A stretch of 62,808 nucleotides of DNA, the filler included, from Stramenopiles sp. TOSAG23-2 (lineage: Eukaryota): NCBI GenBank assembly GCA_900128395.1. It is 11 parts of 11 records of this genome, joined end to end, with 100 filler letters (N's around TTAATTAATTAA, not from the genome) between each part and the next. Parts side by side here need not be neighbours in the genome. Positions count along the whole stretch, not along the records: positions 1 to 5,655 come from LT650623.1; positions 5,756 to 11,396 come from LT650624.1; positions 11,497 to 17,135 come from LT650625.1; 8 more parts are not named here. One strand, given 5' to 3'. The translations under genes were made by a program, and so were the position numbers. Below, in pieces: positions 1-11,976 of this stretch (its first letter is position 1; the number at the start of each line of letters is the position of its first letter). Under the pieces are notes generated by a model, which saw only the letters and a list, made by a program, of their open reading frames with translations, did not search any database and was not told where the DNA came from.

Positions 1-402
1 GTAATACATATTCCTATCAAAAATTCATTAATCTGTACTTACGCAATTTTATCCATTTTCGGTGTGCTTTTGGAGTGCGTTTCGCAAACACAAACAAAAC
101 TTTTTACAGCCTTTTTTTTTTTTTTATAATAATAACTGCCTTACCTGTATAATATAGTTACTATTAATAGTAATAATTGTTATTCGTACTATTATATTAT
201 TAATTTATTCAATCGAAAAGAAAGAAAATGCAAAACAACAACAACAACGATTATTCACCGGTAACATTGTATTTACACACGTAGAGAGAAGCCATCTCGC
301 CATATTGTAAAAAGTATATTATTACATCATTAACACCAACCATCTCTTTATCATTCATTTTTGTAGTAGTGGTAGTACTAACAATAATATTGATAATTCA
401 TC

Positions 403-2709
403 ATGTCAAGCAATCCGTCAATATCATGGAAAAAAAGACCAAAGTTTAACCCGTCACGTCTACCAAAGTTTCGCAGCGAAGAAAATGCATGGGAAAGTGT
501 AAAATCTCATCGTCAACATTATCACGACGCGATGCATAAGGTGGAAAATGTTGTTTCAGAAGTAACGGTAGCCAGAGGGGCTAAATTAAAAAATTATGAA
601 ACGCCAGAAGTCCATCTAGTGTTACCAAAACGTAAAAAATATTCATCTATTATCAATAAAAATGCTACTAATAATGCAAATAATAAAAATCGTAAAGTTT
701 TCCATCAAACTTATGCGCCGCATTTTCACACCGTCAAACGCACCAGGAACAAAGTATGGAACAAATTAGCGACCCCCACACCAAAAGCTAACCGTAAAGC
801 AGCTATGTCACAGGCTATAATAAATGCATTGAAAACAAATACATCTAGAAAACCAATGCCTCCAACAGATCCAAAAAAATTAGACCGTTTATCAGTAAAA
901 CAACGTGTTGCTGTAAAAGTTGGTGCTTGTCAAAATGATCCTTCTAAAGCGCAAGAACTTAGAGAAAGAATTAACAAAATTGTAAAACAAAAAGCTATAG
1001 ATCTATTTTATTACTCAAAAGGAAAAAATGCAATAGCTGAACATAAAAAAATTGTACATACATTTTCACCAGAGAAACGAAGAGAAAAAATATTTATTGT
1101 TGGTAAACAAAAATCAGATGCATTGAAAAAAGTAAAGAAAAATAAAAAACGTGTAGAAAAAGAAATTATAAAGCGGCGACTGGATCATGCAAATAAAAAC
1201 GCCAGATTGAAAAAAATAAGAGAAGAAAAAGGTGTCATTCAACAAAGTAAAATGAAATTATTATGTGCCATAAAGTTAGCATCTCGCTCATCTGTATGGT
1301 GGTGGAAATTAGAAGAAGGTAGATTGTTAAAAAAAGCAAAATTGCGTAAAATTATGGCAGCACGGGCAATACAAGAATGGTGGAAAAAAATGTTAGAAAA
1401 AGCAGAATCGGATGCACGTATAAAATTTTTTGCCGAAAATTCAGCAGCAAGGACAATACAAAGATTTTATAAACGTTATGTTTGCAAATCAAGTGGCTTA
1501 CAGGCAGAAAGAAGTGTTGAAATAGTAAAACGATTTTTAATCGATTATCAAAAAGCAGAGTCAAATTTTTCAAAATTAGTTAAAAGGTATAGGTACAAAG
1601 CAATTACTGTGCAACGTTTATGGAGACGTTTTGCACGAATTTCAAAAGCTAGATTGAAAGTGTTGGGAAAAATGTGGGATGCAAAAGAAAGCCAAATTAT
1701 TGTTGAAGTCTACAATCGTAGAATTAAAAGTGGACGAAAGATGAAAGCAGCTCAAAAAAAAGCAATGGCAGAAGATCTCGAAGCAAGAAAGAAAAATAGT
1801 TCAAAAGGTGTTCCACGTAGAACGACGAAGAAAAAAAAGAAGAAAAAAGCAAAGCAAAACAGGAAGACAGAACTAGCAACTCTCGAAGAAGAAGAAAAAA
1901 AAACTGACGGTGTTATGGACGACACAAAAAGCAATAATGATGATAATATTGATGATATGGAAGAGAAAGCTGCACAAGAAGAATCGACAAAAAATGCAAT
2001 TATGGGAGGAACAAGAGAAAAAAGGTTGTCATTACCACCAGAAGAAGTGCGCAAGTTAATGATGGAAACATTGAAATTAAGTGATCGAAAGCCTGAACCA
2101 GGCGAAATAGGTGCCGCAGCTAAGGGTCCAAAAAGTATGAAAGTAGATAGAAAAGTTCGCATGAAGCTTTTGAAACGTTGTTTACGAGAAAAACGAATAA
2201 AATTTAGAGAAGACATACCGGAATTAAAGAGGAAAGAAAGAAAACGGCAACTGAAATCGTTACGATTTACAATGGATGAAGTACGTACCTTAGTTCAAAA
2301 TGATTCCCGTAGCAATAGGAAAGGCTCAAAATTGTTAAATGATAAATTATCCATTATGGGAAATGAAAGATTGGTCTATCGGGCTTTGATGTTATATGTA
2401 TATTCAATTTTAAAACCAAAAGAAATAGAGCATTTAATAGAAGAAGGCATAGAAATGACAGAAGCAATGTATACTAAGAAAAGTGAAAAAGAAATTCGTC
2501 GGGAGAGAAAAGAATTACGAAAATATCTATCATCGACTATTATTGATACCATAATTTTGAGCAATGTTAATGAAATCATTGATGAAAAGCAACGAATCTT
2601 AGATTTAATAGAAGAGGAAAATCAACGAACTTTAAAAATTGAAATGGAGATTGCAGCTGCAAAAGCAGCAAAAGTAAAACGCAATAAAGATATTGAGGAT
2701 GATGGTGAA

Positions 2710-2741
<32 letters not shown>

Positions 2742-3294
2742 CGATGATAATGCGGCAGATGATGATGATGATACAGAAATGAAGAAGGATGACGTGGATA
2801 GTAGTAATGGTAGTAATACATTTATAACAGAGGGGACTGGAAATATGGACAACCAACAACCTATTAAAAGTGTTAAGGCGAAAAAGAAAAAAAAGAAGAA
2901 GAAGAAGAAAGAAAAATCAATATTTGCGAAAAAGCCTGGATCACCTCCAAATAAATATTTAGAAGGCGATGAAATATATAAAGTATTTAGTTTTGATGTC
3001 CGATTTGGATGGATCAAAACAGCAGATTTACCAAAATACGAATCAGGTGAAATGCGCAAATATAGAGCAGGTGATAAAGATAGAGAACCAATCCAAACAG
3101 TTGTGACCACTCCATCAAAAACTACGGTAAACAATAATAAACCACGCTCCCCGGAAGCAATATTAGCAACATCTGTTATTAAAGATGTTTTTAATGTGGC
3201 ATCTGCAAATTTACACAAAAAAATAAGTGAAATTACGGAACAATTTGTTGAAGATATGTTATTTAAATCATTGGAAAATAGTATGTTGGACTAG
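403..3294 (+). CDS. IQ-motif-containing, Lys/Glu-rich coiled-coil protein (963 aa)
   Basis: Long ORF with ATG and TAG. Three IQ-like motifs: AARAIQEWWKK, AARTIQRFYKR, AITVQRLWRR. Confidence 0.75.
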
Positions 3295-4678
3295 CGGTAT
3301 TTAAAACATCATTTGTACGTGGACTTTGTATCATAGTATTATCTTCAACAGCCACTGCTACAGCCAATGGTGGTTGCCTTCTACCATCAATTTTTCTATC
3401 ATTATTATTATTATCTACAATTACTGATTTTTCTAATAAAGTAGTCGTTGCCAAAATTTTTCTATCATCATTATCATCATCAACAATTTTTACAACCTTT
3501 CGTTCCACTTGTTCTAATTGCAGTCTTTTTTTCTTCGTAGTACTTGATTTTATCTTATTTGACGTGCTTGCTGCTTTTATCAACCTTTTGGCATTAATGA
3601 CTTTCCTCACATGTTTCTGAAGCTCTTGTCGATGTGTACGCTCTTTCTCTTTAATATGTACACCATGTTTAACCTCCATTTCTGACTTTAATTTTTCTAA
3701 ATGTTGTCTTAAACCACGTTTATTGACTCTTAATTCAGCGCGTGCTTGATCACGATCAGCTTTCATTTTCTTGCATGCTTCTTTCGCTTCATTTAATTCA
3801 TCTTGAATAGCTTTTATCGCTGCTTCTGATTTTTTTTGCATTATACCAATTTTTTTATTTGCTACTTGTGATACTTTCTCATCAAAGATAGCTTCGTGTG
3901 CAATTTGATAATGTGCACGTTTGCCCATTTTTTTCATTGCTTTTTCATAACCTTCTAATTCTTTTTTATCCATATTTTTTTGATATCTTTTTAATAATAC
4001 GCGTTCTTTCTTTGCAACACGATCTTCTGCCCATTGCTTAACTCTAGATGATTCCGCTCGTACAGCAAGCTCCATTTCTCTCCTCCATTTTAACTCAGTT
4101 TCAGCACGCATTTCCTCTACAGCAGTTATTAACGCTCGTTGGTGACTATCACGTTCTAATTTTGTTTGTTCCAACTCTTTTCTTACCGATTTTAATTGAT
4201 GTTGAAAAAGTTCATGTTCTACTTTATATTTTTCTATTTCATGTTCATACTTCATTTTTTCCCTACTTGCAGTTTCTTTAATTGCACTTTTTAACACTTG
4301 TGCTGCATTTGTAGTTCGTGAATAGTGCAAACGAGAAGTAGAAGGCGTTGTATTTGTTGATGGTGTTGTTGCATTATTAACTATTATATTATTATCGTTA
4401 TTGTTTAATGTAATAATAGGGGATTGGGGCATTACCTCTCGTTGTTGTTGTTGTTTTGGTGGTGATGATGGTGGTGGAGGCGGTGGCATAATAGTCCCTT
4501 CTTGAAAATCTCCATATAATATAACTTTTTCCAATGCACGACTACGTACGTTGGCTGCCTCCGCTTCTTGTTCTTTTTCCTTTGCATATTTTTCCGCTTT
4601 AGCCAATACTTCATATAAACCAGTTAACATTTGCTTCACTTCATCCCCACTAAAGGAGCGATTTGCTAATAATTCCAT
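3263..4678 (-). CDS. Uncharacterised coiled-coil protein (471 aa)
   Basis: ATG-initiated ORF with a Pro/Gln tract and a long charged helical region. Its 3' end overlaps the convergent gene. Confidence 0.7.
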   Translation of the reverse strand: MELLANRSFSGDEVKQMLTGLYEVLAKAEKYAKEKEQEAEAANVRSRALEKVILYGDFQEGTIMPPPPPPSSPPKQQQQREVMPQSPIITLNNNDNNIIVNNATTPSTNTTPSTSRLHYSRTTNAAQVLKSAIKETASREKMKYEHEIEKYKVEHELFQHQLKSVRKELEQTKLERDSHQRALITAVEEMRAETELKWRREMELAVRAESSRVKQWAEDRVAKKERVLLKRYQKNMDKKELEGYEKAMKKMGKRAHYQIAHEAIFDEKVSQVANKKIGIMQKKSEAAIKAIQDELNEAKEACKKMKADRDQARAELRVNKRGLRQHLEKLKSEMEVKHGVHIKEKERTHRQELQKHVRKVINAKRLIKAASTSNKIKSSTTKKKRLQLEQVERKVVKIVDDDNDDRKILATTTLLEKSVIVDNNNNDRKIDGRRQPPLAVAVAVEDNTMIQSPRTNDVLNTASPTYYFPMI

Positions 4679-5301
4679 TTATGTATTGATAAATGTATAT
4701 ATATTGTTTCCAAAATGAGTAAGATGTCTTGTTATAAACGACTATGTATAGCTATCAATGCAGTGTATTGTATTTAATCTTCTTAATTTTATTCGAAGGA
4801 AGGTGGTTCGCACGTTAGAAGGTACCGAGAGAGAAATATATAAGTTAAAAGTTACTATAGCGAGTATTACCTGATGAGCACATGATGCCAAAAAAGCAAA
4901 ACGCATGATTAAAATGATCTCCCAGATCTCGAAATTAGGGGTTGGTGATTTAGTACCGTAATAGCAGGTGTTATGATTTAATGCTGTGTTTATGTTATTG
5001 CGTTAATTGCGATAGACATACTTAAATTGAGTAACAATTTAACAATTTAAATTTCTACTCTAACTCCGATCAAAATTTGTATCTTTTCCCTATGTAACAC
5101 ATTTATTCTACTAAGTACAAATATCCTTGCATTGTGTATTTTTTTTCATATAAATTTACTGTATGTAAGCTGGTAAGATATTATATATACATAATGTAAA
5201 ATTATATATATTGAAGAGAAACAACACATGGCGGCGTAATTATATTATTACATATATTTATTTCTTTTTGTTTTTCTTTTTTCGTTATCAATACACCAAT
5301 A

Positions 5302-5598
5302 ATGTCATGGATGAATGTTTATTTAGCAGATCATAAAGAGCCAAAAAAAGCATTTCCAATTAATAATAATAGTAGGCGTAATAATAATAATAATAACCAA
5401 TTTAGCCATGATGAAATCAGAGAAAGAGTGAAACGAGGTATACCACCTGCTACTGCAGAAGAGTATTTATTAAGAGTAAGATTAGAAGCTGAAGATTATC
5501 CAAATGTAACAACTGGACGTGCACAACGTAAAATATCGATAGAAGAAAATAAATCATCCAATGACAATAAAGTAGATGGTTTCAATAATAATAATAAT

Positions 5599-5654
<56 letters not shown>

Positions 5655-5655
5655 T
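5302..5655 (+). CDS. GEMIN2: Gemin2 / SMN-interacting protein 1, N-terminal part (cut by contig end)
   Basis: PPATAEEYLLRVRLEAEDYPNV matches the conserved Gemin2 N-terminal motif PP.T..EYL.RV..EA...P.V. Confidence 0.75.
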
Positions 5656-5755
5656 NNNNNNNNNNNNNNNNNNNNNNNNNNNNNNNNNNNNNNNNNNNNT
5701 TAATTAATTAANNNNNNNNNNNNNNNNNNNNNNNNNNNNNNNNNNNNNNNNNNNN
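5656..5755. other. Artificial contig linker (N44-TTAATTAATTAA-N44)
   Basis: 100-bp N run around a six-frame stop cassette; recurs about every 5.7 kb. Confidence 0.97.
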
Positions 5756-5907
5756 ACATTAGGGTAATGGAAAATACCAAAAAAAGCTCCATATAGCGAG
5801 TACACAGCATAATAATTGTTGCATTTTTTTAATTTCCAACTCTAATTATAATAACCTGGTAGTGCCCATATAAAAAAGTCTACAACATTCGCCTGCCAGG
5901 CAAGGAC

Positions 5908-6736
5908 CCCTGCCCTGAAATATCATAAGTAATTACCTCTACTTAATAATATTTTAATCAATTTAAGGGTCTCAAAGTAGATTGTCGATATGCTTATAAC
6001 ATGGTAAAATCGATAGCATCAAATAGCATTATACTTCATATATTTATAACTAAGAAGTATATTTACCTATGAAATAATTGAAAATTTAACTTAGTCAAAA
6101 TTCCTGTTGAATAGTTTTGGAAAAGCCATTTGGAAAATTGGACGAGTGATTTTATGAATTTCTGTGTGATTTTGGATGAAGAAATGGATGATTTTGATGG
6201 AAATGAAATAGATTTATCGATTTGTTAATGTGATAGGTACAATTAGTCTATGAATATATGTAAAGCTTAGAATAGCGGACAGTTAGTCCCTGCTGTGTCT
6301 ATGGACAAAAGCGGACAAATAACCCCTGGTGTGTACGGCCTAAAAAACGAAGAATAACCCCTGGTGTGTACGGCCTAAAAAACGACAAATAACCCCTGGT
6401 GTGTACGGCCTAAAAACGGACATTTAGCCCCTGGTGTGTACGGCCTAAAAAACGAAGAATAACCCCTGGTGTGTACGGTCTAACATTGTGACATTTGACG
6501 TTGTACTAAACCATACTCTAAGCAATAGGGACCACTTCGCTATAATCATTTGACACCCTTTGAAGTGTAAACCTTCGCTGCTAAGGATAATTTAAGTACA
6601 TTAATAGAAACTATTTCACTATAAACACTATAAGATAGTATACTACAATATTACATATAAGTAGATCCTTATAATATTAAAAACAACTATACCAACACGA
6701 GACACATTATTGACACCCACACACTTCAGGGCAGGG
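5908..6736. mobile_element. Candidate non-autonomous TIR element (about 830 bp)
   Basis: CCCTGCCCTGAA at 5908-5919 and its exact reverse complement TTCAGGGCAGGG at 6725-6736 enclose a 35-bp array. No ORF and no clear TSD. Confidence 0.4.
6282..6483. repeat. 35-bp tandem minisatellite (5 good copies + 1 degenerate)
   Basis: Unit AATAACCCCTGGTGTGTACGGCCTAAAAAACGAAG starts at 6318, 6353, 6388, 6423 and 6458; degenerate copy at about 6282. Confidence 0.95.
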
Positions 6737-7122
6737 AATAATAGGTTACAGGTTACAGGTTAAGGTTACAGGATTATAATCGGTTACACAGCTGGACGCC
6801 AGGACAGCTTTATACTTGCTATTATATATTAATAATATATAATACAGTACCTGGTACAGCGGTACAGCTACACTAATAGTACCTGGTACAGTACTAATAA
6901 AAAAACACAAACAACAAAAAAACGGCATAATCCACCAGGTAATAATAATAATAATAATAATTAATAATAATAACATATATATTATTAAATAAAAAGTTAT
7001 AATACAGTAAATAATAATAATACTAATCATCATAGATGCAACTAAATAAAGTATTTCTAGACTTATCTAAAAAGACAATTTTGTAAAACTATTTTGTTAC
7101 AGATTTCCTGCAACGCATTAGA

Positions 7123-8820
7123 ATGTCGACAACAGCACAAGATGATACTACAGCTATCAAGGGAAAAGAAAATCAAAAAGGGGCAACCGATAGTTCTCTT
7201 CCAGCTTTACCATTAAATGAAGTAACAGGTGAGTTTATGGATGAAATTATTGAGGAGGAGGATGGAACTAGATATACTGAGCGGTTGAAACGTGTAAAGC
7301 GTCCATCTATTAAATTGAATATACACATACATGACCGAGAGTTTGTGTTGAATGTGGGAAAGGGGAAACAAGATTTAAAATGGTTATCAATGGTTGCATC
7401 ACAACGATACGTAACACTTTCTAAACCAAATGGACGTATGCGTCAACGTGAGCAAAGGCGTAGAGCTAGAGTTGGTACAAAAGCATTTCAACCAACAAAT
7501 ATCACCACACCACGTTTAAGCCCCAGGGCGGATCCATTATGGCCGCACAGCTTCCCACATCCAAAAACACGGATACGTGATTTGTTAAGAAATGGTGATC
7601 ATGTTGAAATTAAGTTAGATACTACAGGCAATATGGACCATATGGTAACTGGTTTTCAAAGCTACGCCTTTCACAATAGTGTAAATAAACAAAATAGAAG
7701 GCGACCAGGAGAAATACAGCAAAGAAACGCACAGATTGAAAAAATTAAAAGGAGGGAAGAAAGACGTTTGCATATTGCACGATCCTTGTTTGGTGAAGAA
7801 ATTGATTTGGAAACAGAAGAGACAATGTCAATGTTTGCAAATGAATGGAAAAATATTAAAATGCCATCTTATGCTAAATCAAAGCAGGATATTGTACAAC
7901 TAGAACAAATTATTAAAGAACATTATGTAACAATTTGCACTGCATTTAAATTTTATGGTGGACTTGGTGATGTTGCAATGGCAGAACAGTCTATGGCATT
8001 ATTTAACCAAGATCATAACAAATCACGAAGCAGCGTAAAAAGTCAGGAAGAGGAGAAGGAGGAAGAAGATGATGATGAGACAATTTCATTGACGGAATTT
8101 GAAAGTTTTTGTGCTAAAACTAGCATATTAGATGGTTACAAAGTCAGTCATCGTGATATTGTCGAAGTGTTTCGTATTGTCAATCAAAAAATGGAGACTC
8201 ATGGAGAAGGTGGTGGTAAATTTAAAGTTGAAGGTGATGAACAATTTGATCGTTCTGAATTCATTGAAGCATTAATATTACTTGCGCATTTTAAATATGA
8301 TAAAGAGTTAGATGGCAAAATTGTGACACAATTACATAATTTAATGAAAGAACAAGTAGCTCCGCATGTTGAAAGATTGAAACCAAGTGAATTTCGTTTA
8401 CGCATGGCGGAGGGTAAGGTTTGCAATTTATTATTAGATAGTATAACGATTTTTAAAGAAGTTTTCCAATTATATGTGGATGAAAAGACAAACAATGAAA
8501 TGAATCAACGAACTTTCAAGAAATTTTGCATACACGTAGGCTTCATGGAAGGTGGTCAGCAACTAGATAAAAATGATGTAGAGAAAGTATTTGTTGAAAG
8601 TCAAAATGAACGTTTTCCAGCAGATACAGTCGTTAGTTTTATGCAAGAGATGGTTTTAGTTGAATTTATGGAAGGTGCATGTCGAATGGCAAATTTATAT
8701 TGGCCAGATACAGTTGGAAAATTAGATGTTAAAGTTGATATGTTAATTGATTTATTGCGCAGTTTATTGCAACAAGTCAATGATGATATTATGGCTGGTA
8801 ATGAAGTGAATTTAATTTAA
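7123..8820 (+). CDS. EF-hand-like helical protein (565 aa)
   Basis: Complete ORF. EF-hand-like segments DETISLTEFESFC, DEQFDRSEFIEAL, NEMNQRTFKKFC, EMVLVEFMEG. Confidence 0.7.
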   Translation: MSTTAQDDTTAIKGKENQKGATDSSLPALPLNEVTGEFMDEIIEEEDGTRYTERLKRVKRPSIKLNIHIHDREFVLNVGKGKQDLKWLSMVASQRYVTLSKPNGRMRQREQRRRARVGTKAFQPTNITTPRLSPRADPLWPHSFPHPKTRIRDLLRNGDHVEIKLDTTGNMDHMVTGFQSYAFHNSVNKQNRRRPGEIQQRNAQIEKIKRREERRLHIARSLFGEEIDLETEETMSMFANEWKNIKMPSYAKSKQDIVQLEQIIKEHYVTICTAFKFYGGLGDVAMAEQSMALFNQDHNKSRSSVKSQEEEKEEEDDDETISLTEFESFCAKTSILDGYKVSHRDIVEVFRIVNQKMETHGEGGGKFKVEGDEQFDRSEFIEALILLAHFKYDKELDGKIVTQLHNLMKEQVAPHVERLKPSEFRLRMAEGKVCNLLLDSITIFKEVFQLYVDEKTNNEMNQRTFKKFCIHVGFMEGGQQLDKNDVEKVFVESQNERFPADTVVSFMQEMVLVEFMEGACRMANLYWPDTVGKLDVKVDMLIDLLRSLLQQVNDDIMAGNEVNLI

Positions 8821-9090
8821 AAAAAAAACAAGTTTTTAAAAATAATACACCGAGTATATGATGTGAAGACTTTATTTTATTCGTCGCACATTTGATGATG
8901 CACATCACAAAAAATGTCTGTCTTTTATGATACGAGGGCGTACTTTTTTTCAAAAATATGTACGTACCGTATTTTCGTATAACCCATATCATATGATATT
9001 GATAAAAAAACACACAACTCTCTTAGATATTCTTCTCAGTTATATTGTACAAACGAAGTTCGTACATGTTTCCACTCGCAAAAAATGCAC

Positions 9091-10782
9091 TCATTGACGT
9101 CGTTGTCCAGCACTTGTCTCATCTTTATAAGTTCCTTTTAATCCTAAATCACGTAATGCAGCGAAAGCAACATCATCACATACAGGATGTGTCAAACGTG
9201 CTAATCGTATAGGTTCCTCTGCACCAGCCTCAACAATTACGGGAACTAATTCTGGATTTTTACTAACAAGATTTCTCAATGCTAAACATCCACTACGTTG
9301 AACCCATTCTGCTTTTGGATGACGTGTCATAGCATCTACAATTAAATCAATTCCATGGCCTTTTGAAATATGAACACAATTATTTGTATTGCGTAATGCC
9401 ATGGATGACAATGCCGCTAAACCTTGTGTTTGCATACTAACTTCATCGCTATGCCTTGACATGGCACTTAAAATAATATCAATGCCACCATTTGCACAAA
9501 GCAATGCCTTGTTTGCATCATTGTTTGAAATCATTTTAATAGCAGTACATGCATACGTACAAAATTTCACATGTTCAATATGTTGATTCATAATTTGTAC
9601 TATTAATTCCGTACCACCTAATTTTGTAATATCCTTACAAATACTATCATTAACTGCTAATGTACGTATGGTCAAACATATTTTCGATGCGATATCAGCA
9701 TCGTTGCGAACCAGCTCCAATACTTTAAATACTTCCTCCAATACATCTATTTTTCCTATTTTACCTCTTTCCCCTAATAAGCGGGCACGTGCAAATGTAT
9801 ATGGATGAACACCTGGTCGACGATCATCATCACTACATAATAAACGAACAAAATCACAAATTTCTTTTAAAAACGCTTTATCATTTGTATCAAATCCGAG
9901 TTGAAACCATTGTTTAATATATTTTTTAATACCGTTTGCTTCGAAAAAATTACCTTTAACGGATTCGTTCTTTGTCATTGTAATGCGAGCAGATCTTATT
10001 GCAACTTTTAATAAATCCATATCGCTATTAAATTCTTCTTTTTTTATTATAGATATAATCATTTGACTTGCAATAGGATATAATATTGAATTCCCAACAC
10101 GTCCTTTCCAAAAACAAGAGCTAAATGCAGTTAAAGATGCAATCATTAATGATTTATTTTCTTTCTTGATTTCATTTTCATCACGTTCACTGACTTCCAT
10201 GGCTTCCTTTCCAACGAAGAATTTTTCAACCGCATTAAATAAAACAGCTTCATATGCTTCATTGCATGCTTGTAATTTGTGTTCATCACTTTCTAAACAT
10301 AACGTTTCTAACTCTTTCATGGCTTCAACACACGTTAATACCGTTTCTGCACGTTTGATTTTTCCTAACGTTGAAGGAATAGGCATTTCTGCACGTTGCG
10401 TATCTAAGACTTTAATAATATTGCTTAAATTAACGCCTTGGGAATGGAATTGCTCGATGGCATCTTTCAAAGCTTCCTCTGGCTCCATTTCAAAATCTTC
10501 AATATTTTCTTGAACAACTGAATCAAACGTTTCTTGTGATATCATTTTTAAACTTTGACCGTTTGCTTCTGATGAGTTATTTTCTTCTGTTGGACGTTCA
10601 ATTGTTGTGCCATGTTTTGCAGCTAATTCATTCATTCCTTTCTCAAAATATTTTGCCGCATCTTTCGTTGCATCACCAGTAGTTGTAGTACCTTTATATG
10701 CGATGACTTTTTTTGGCGCACCATTTGCTGTTGTATTATCAGAAGTATTATTTAAATTTGTACTAGACGTTAAAGAAGTCAT
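9091..10782 (-). CDS. ARMC6: Armadillo repeat-containing protein 6
   Basis: ISQETFDSVVQENIEDFEMEPEEALKDAIEQFHSQGVNLSNIIK is the ARMC6 N-terminal signature. Also ARM repeats and C-terminal AALRDLG. Confidence 0.9.
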   Translation of the reverse strand: MTSLTSSTNLNNTSDNTTANGAPKKVIAYKGTTTTGDATKDAAKYFEKGMNELAAKHGTTIERPTEENNSSEANGQSLKMISQETFDSVVQENIEDFEMEPEEALKDAIEQFHSQGVNLSNIIKVLDTQRAEMPIPSTLGKIKRAETVLTCVEAMKELETLCLESDEHKLQACNEAYEAVLFNAVEKFFVGKEAMEVSERDENEIKKENKSLMIASLTAFSSCFWKGRVGNSILYPIASQMIISIIKKEEFNSDMDLLKVAIRSARITMTKNESVKGNFFEANGIKKYIKQWFQLGFDTNDKAFLKEICDFVRLLCSDDDRRPGVHPYTFARARLLGERGKIGKIDVLEEVFKVLELVRNDADIASKICLTIRTLAVNDSICKDITKLGGTELIVQIMNQHIEHVKFCTYACTAIKMISNNDANKALLCANGGIDIILSAMSRHSDEVSMQTQGLAALSSMALRNTNNCVHISKGHGIDLIVDAMTRHPKAEWVQRSGCLALRNLVSKNPELVPVIVEAGAEEPIRLARLTHPVCDDVAFAALRDLGLKGTYKDETSAGQRRQ

Positions 10783-10965
10783 AATTTTTGTTGTGGTGTG
10801 TATAATTTATAAATTTTTTATTTATTTTTTCCCTACGATATCTATATATGTATTATCAGAAGTATTATTTAAATTTGTACTAGACGTTAAAGAAGTCATA
10901 ATTTTTGTTGTGGTGTGTATAATTTATAAATTTTTTATTTATTTTTTTCCAACGATATCTATATA
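10732..10965. repeat. 117-bp near-identical tandem duplication spanning the ARMC6 start codon
   Basis: 10732-10848 repeated at 10849-10965 with about 2 differences. Confidence 0.9.
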
Positions 10966-11396
10966 CGGAGATGGATTATTCCAACAGTTTTTGTTTATTG
11001 TTGTTATCAATTAAATATATGAATAAAAGAAAGAAATAATATATATATATATATATATGTTTGTATTTTATATGCTGTAATGAATCTTATACCTTTCTAC
11101 ATCCTGTATTTTGAATATCGTCGTTGTTTTATTTTTTTTGAAAAAACTTTTTTGATTTTGCTGGTTTGATGATGATATTTTTTTCTTTTTTGAAGAAAAA
11201 CTCCTCGCACCACCCTCCTCTCGAAGGAATCTCCACATCAAATTGAAATTTAGTTGAAATCCAGGAAATATGGAAATCTGCATAGTCGGCTGAGGTATGT
11301 AGAGATGTTGCTGTGTCCATGCTAAACCTGGCGAATCATCTCAATTCATACTCTAACAAGTCCTATGATATAAATATTTTCAAGCCTATTACAGCG

Positions 11397-11496
11397 NNNN
11401 NNNNNNNNNNNNNNNNNNNNNNNNNNNNNNNNNNNNNNNNTTAATTAATTAANNNNNNNNNNNNNNNNNNNNNNNNNNNNNNNNNNNNNNNNNNNN
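11397..11496. other. Artificial contig linker
   Basis: N run around TTAATTAATTAA. Confidence 0.97.
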
Positions 11497-11976
11497 CACT
11501 GAGTGATATGCTTTTTTGAAATTATCATTTAGTACAAAAATAAATTTTTGTCATATCAAGAAGATCTATTTGTCGTTCTTTGTTTTTGATGCATTATTAA
11601 ATTAATTCGATGCGTAGAAGCGTGTTTAAAAGCTGATATATTTTGTTTTTCTATTTTAACAGCTTATTTTTTAATTTATAATTTTTGTAAATGTTATTTT
11701 TTAAAAAATTAAATTTATATAAAAAAAAAATTTCCAAAAAAAAGAAGACTTATATCCCCTACTGGCCAATACAGTTTTAACGAAATTAAATTTACCCTTC
11801 GTAATAATACGCGTATAGATTAATATCATTTTAGAATAATACACTCACATCCTGCACATATGAAAAATGACGAAGATACGTTTTGTAATATATATAATAT
11901 GATATATATACGGCTCGTACTTTTTTACAATTGGGAGATCTAAAAATATTTCGTATTTTTTATCATCATAATTATT

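Noticed and set aside
1352-3218. Short antisense or alternate-frame ORFs inside long genes (here and throughout the track)
   Set aside because: They are shadows of low-complexity coding sequence with no motifs.
6282-6483. CRISPR array
   Set aside because: The 35-bp units abut with no unique spacers, there are no cas genes and the context is eukaryotic. It is a minisatellite.
6743-6772. Telomeric repeat (AGGTTAC)n
   Set aside because: Only about 4 imperfect internal copies, not at a sequence end.
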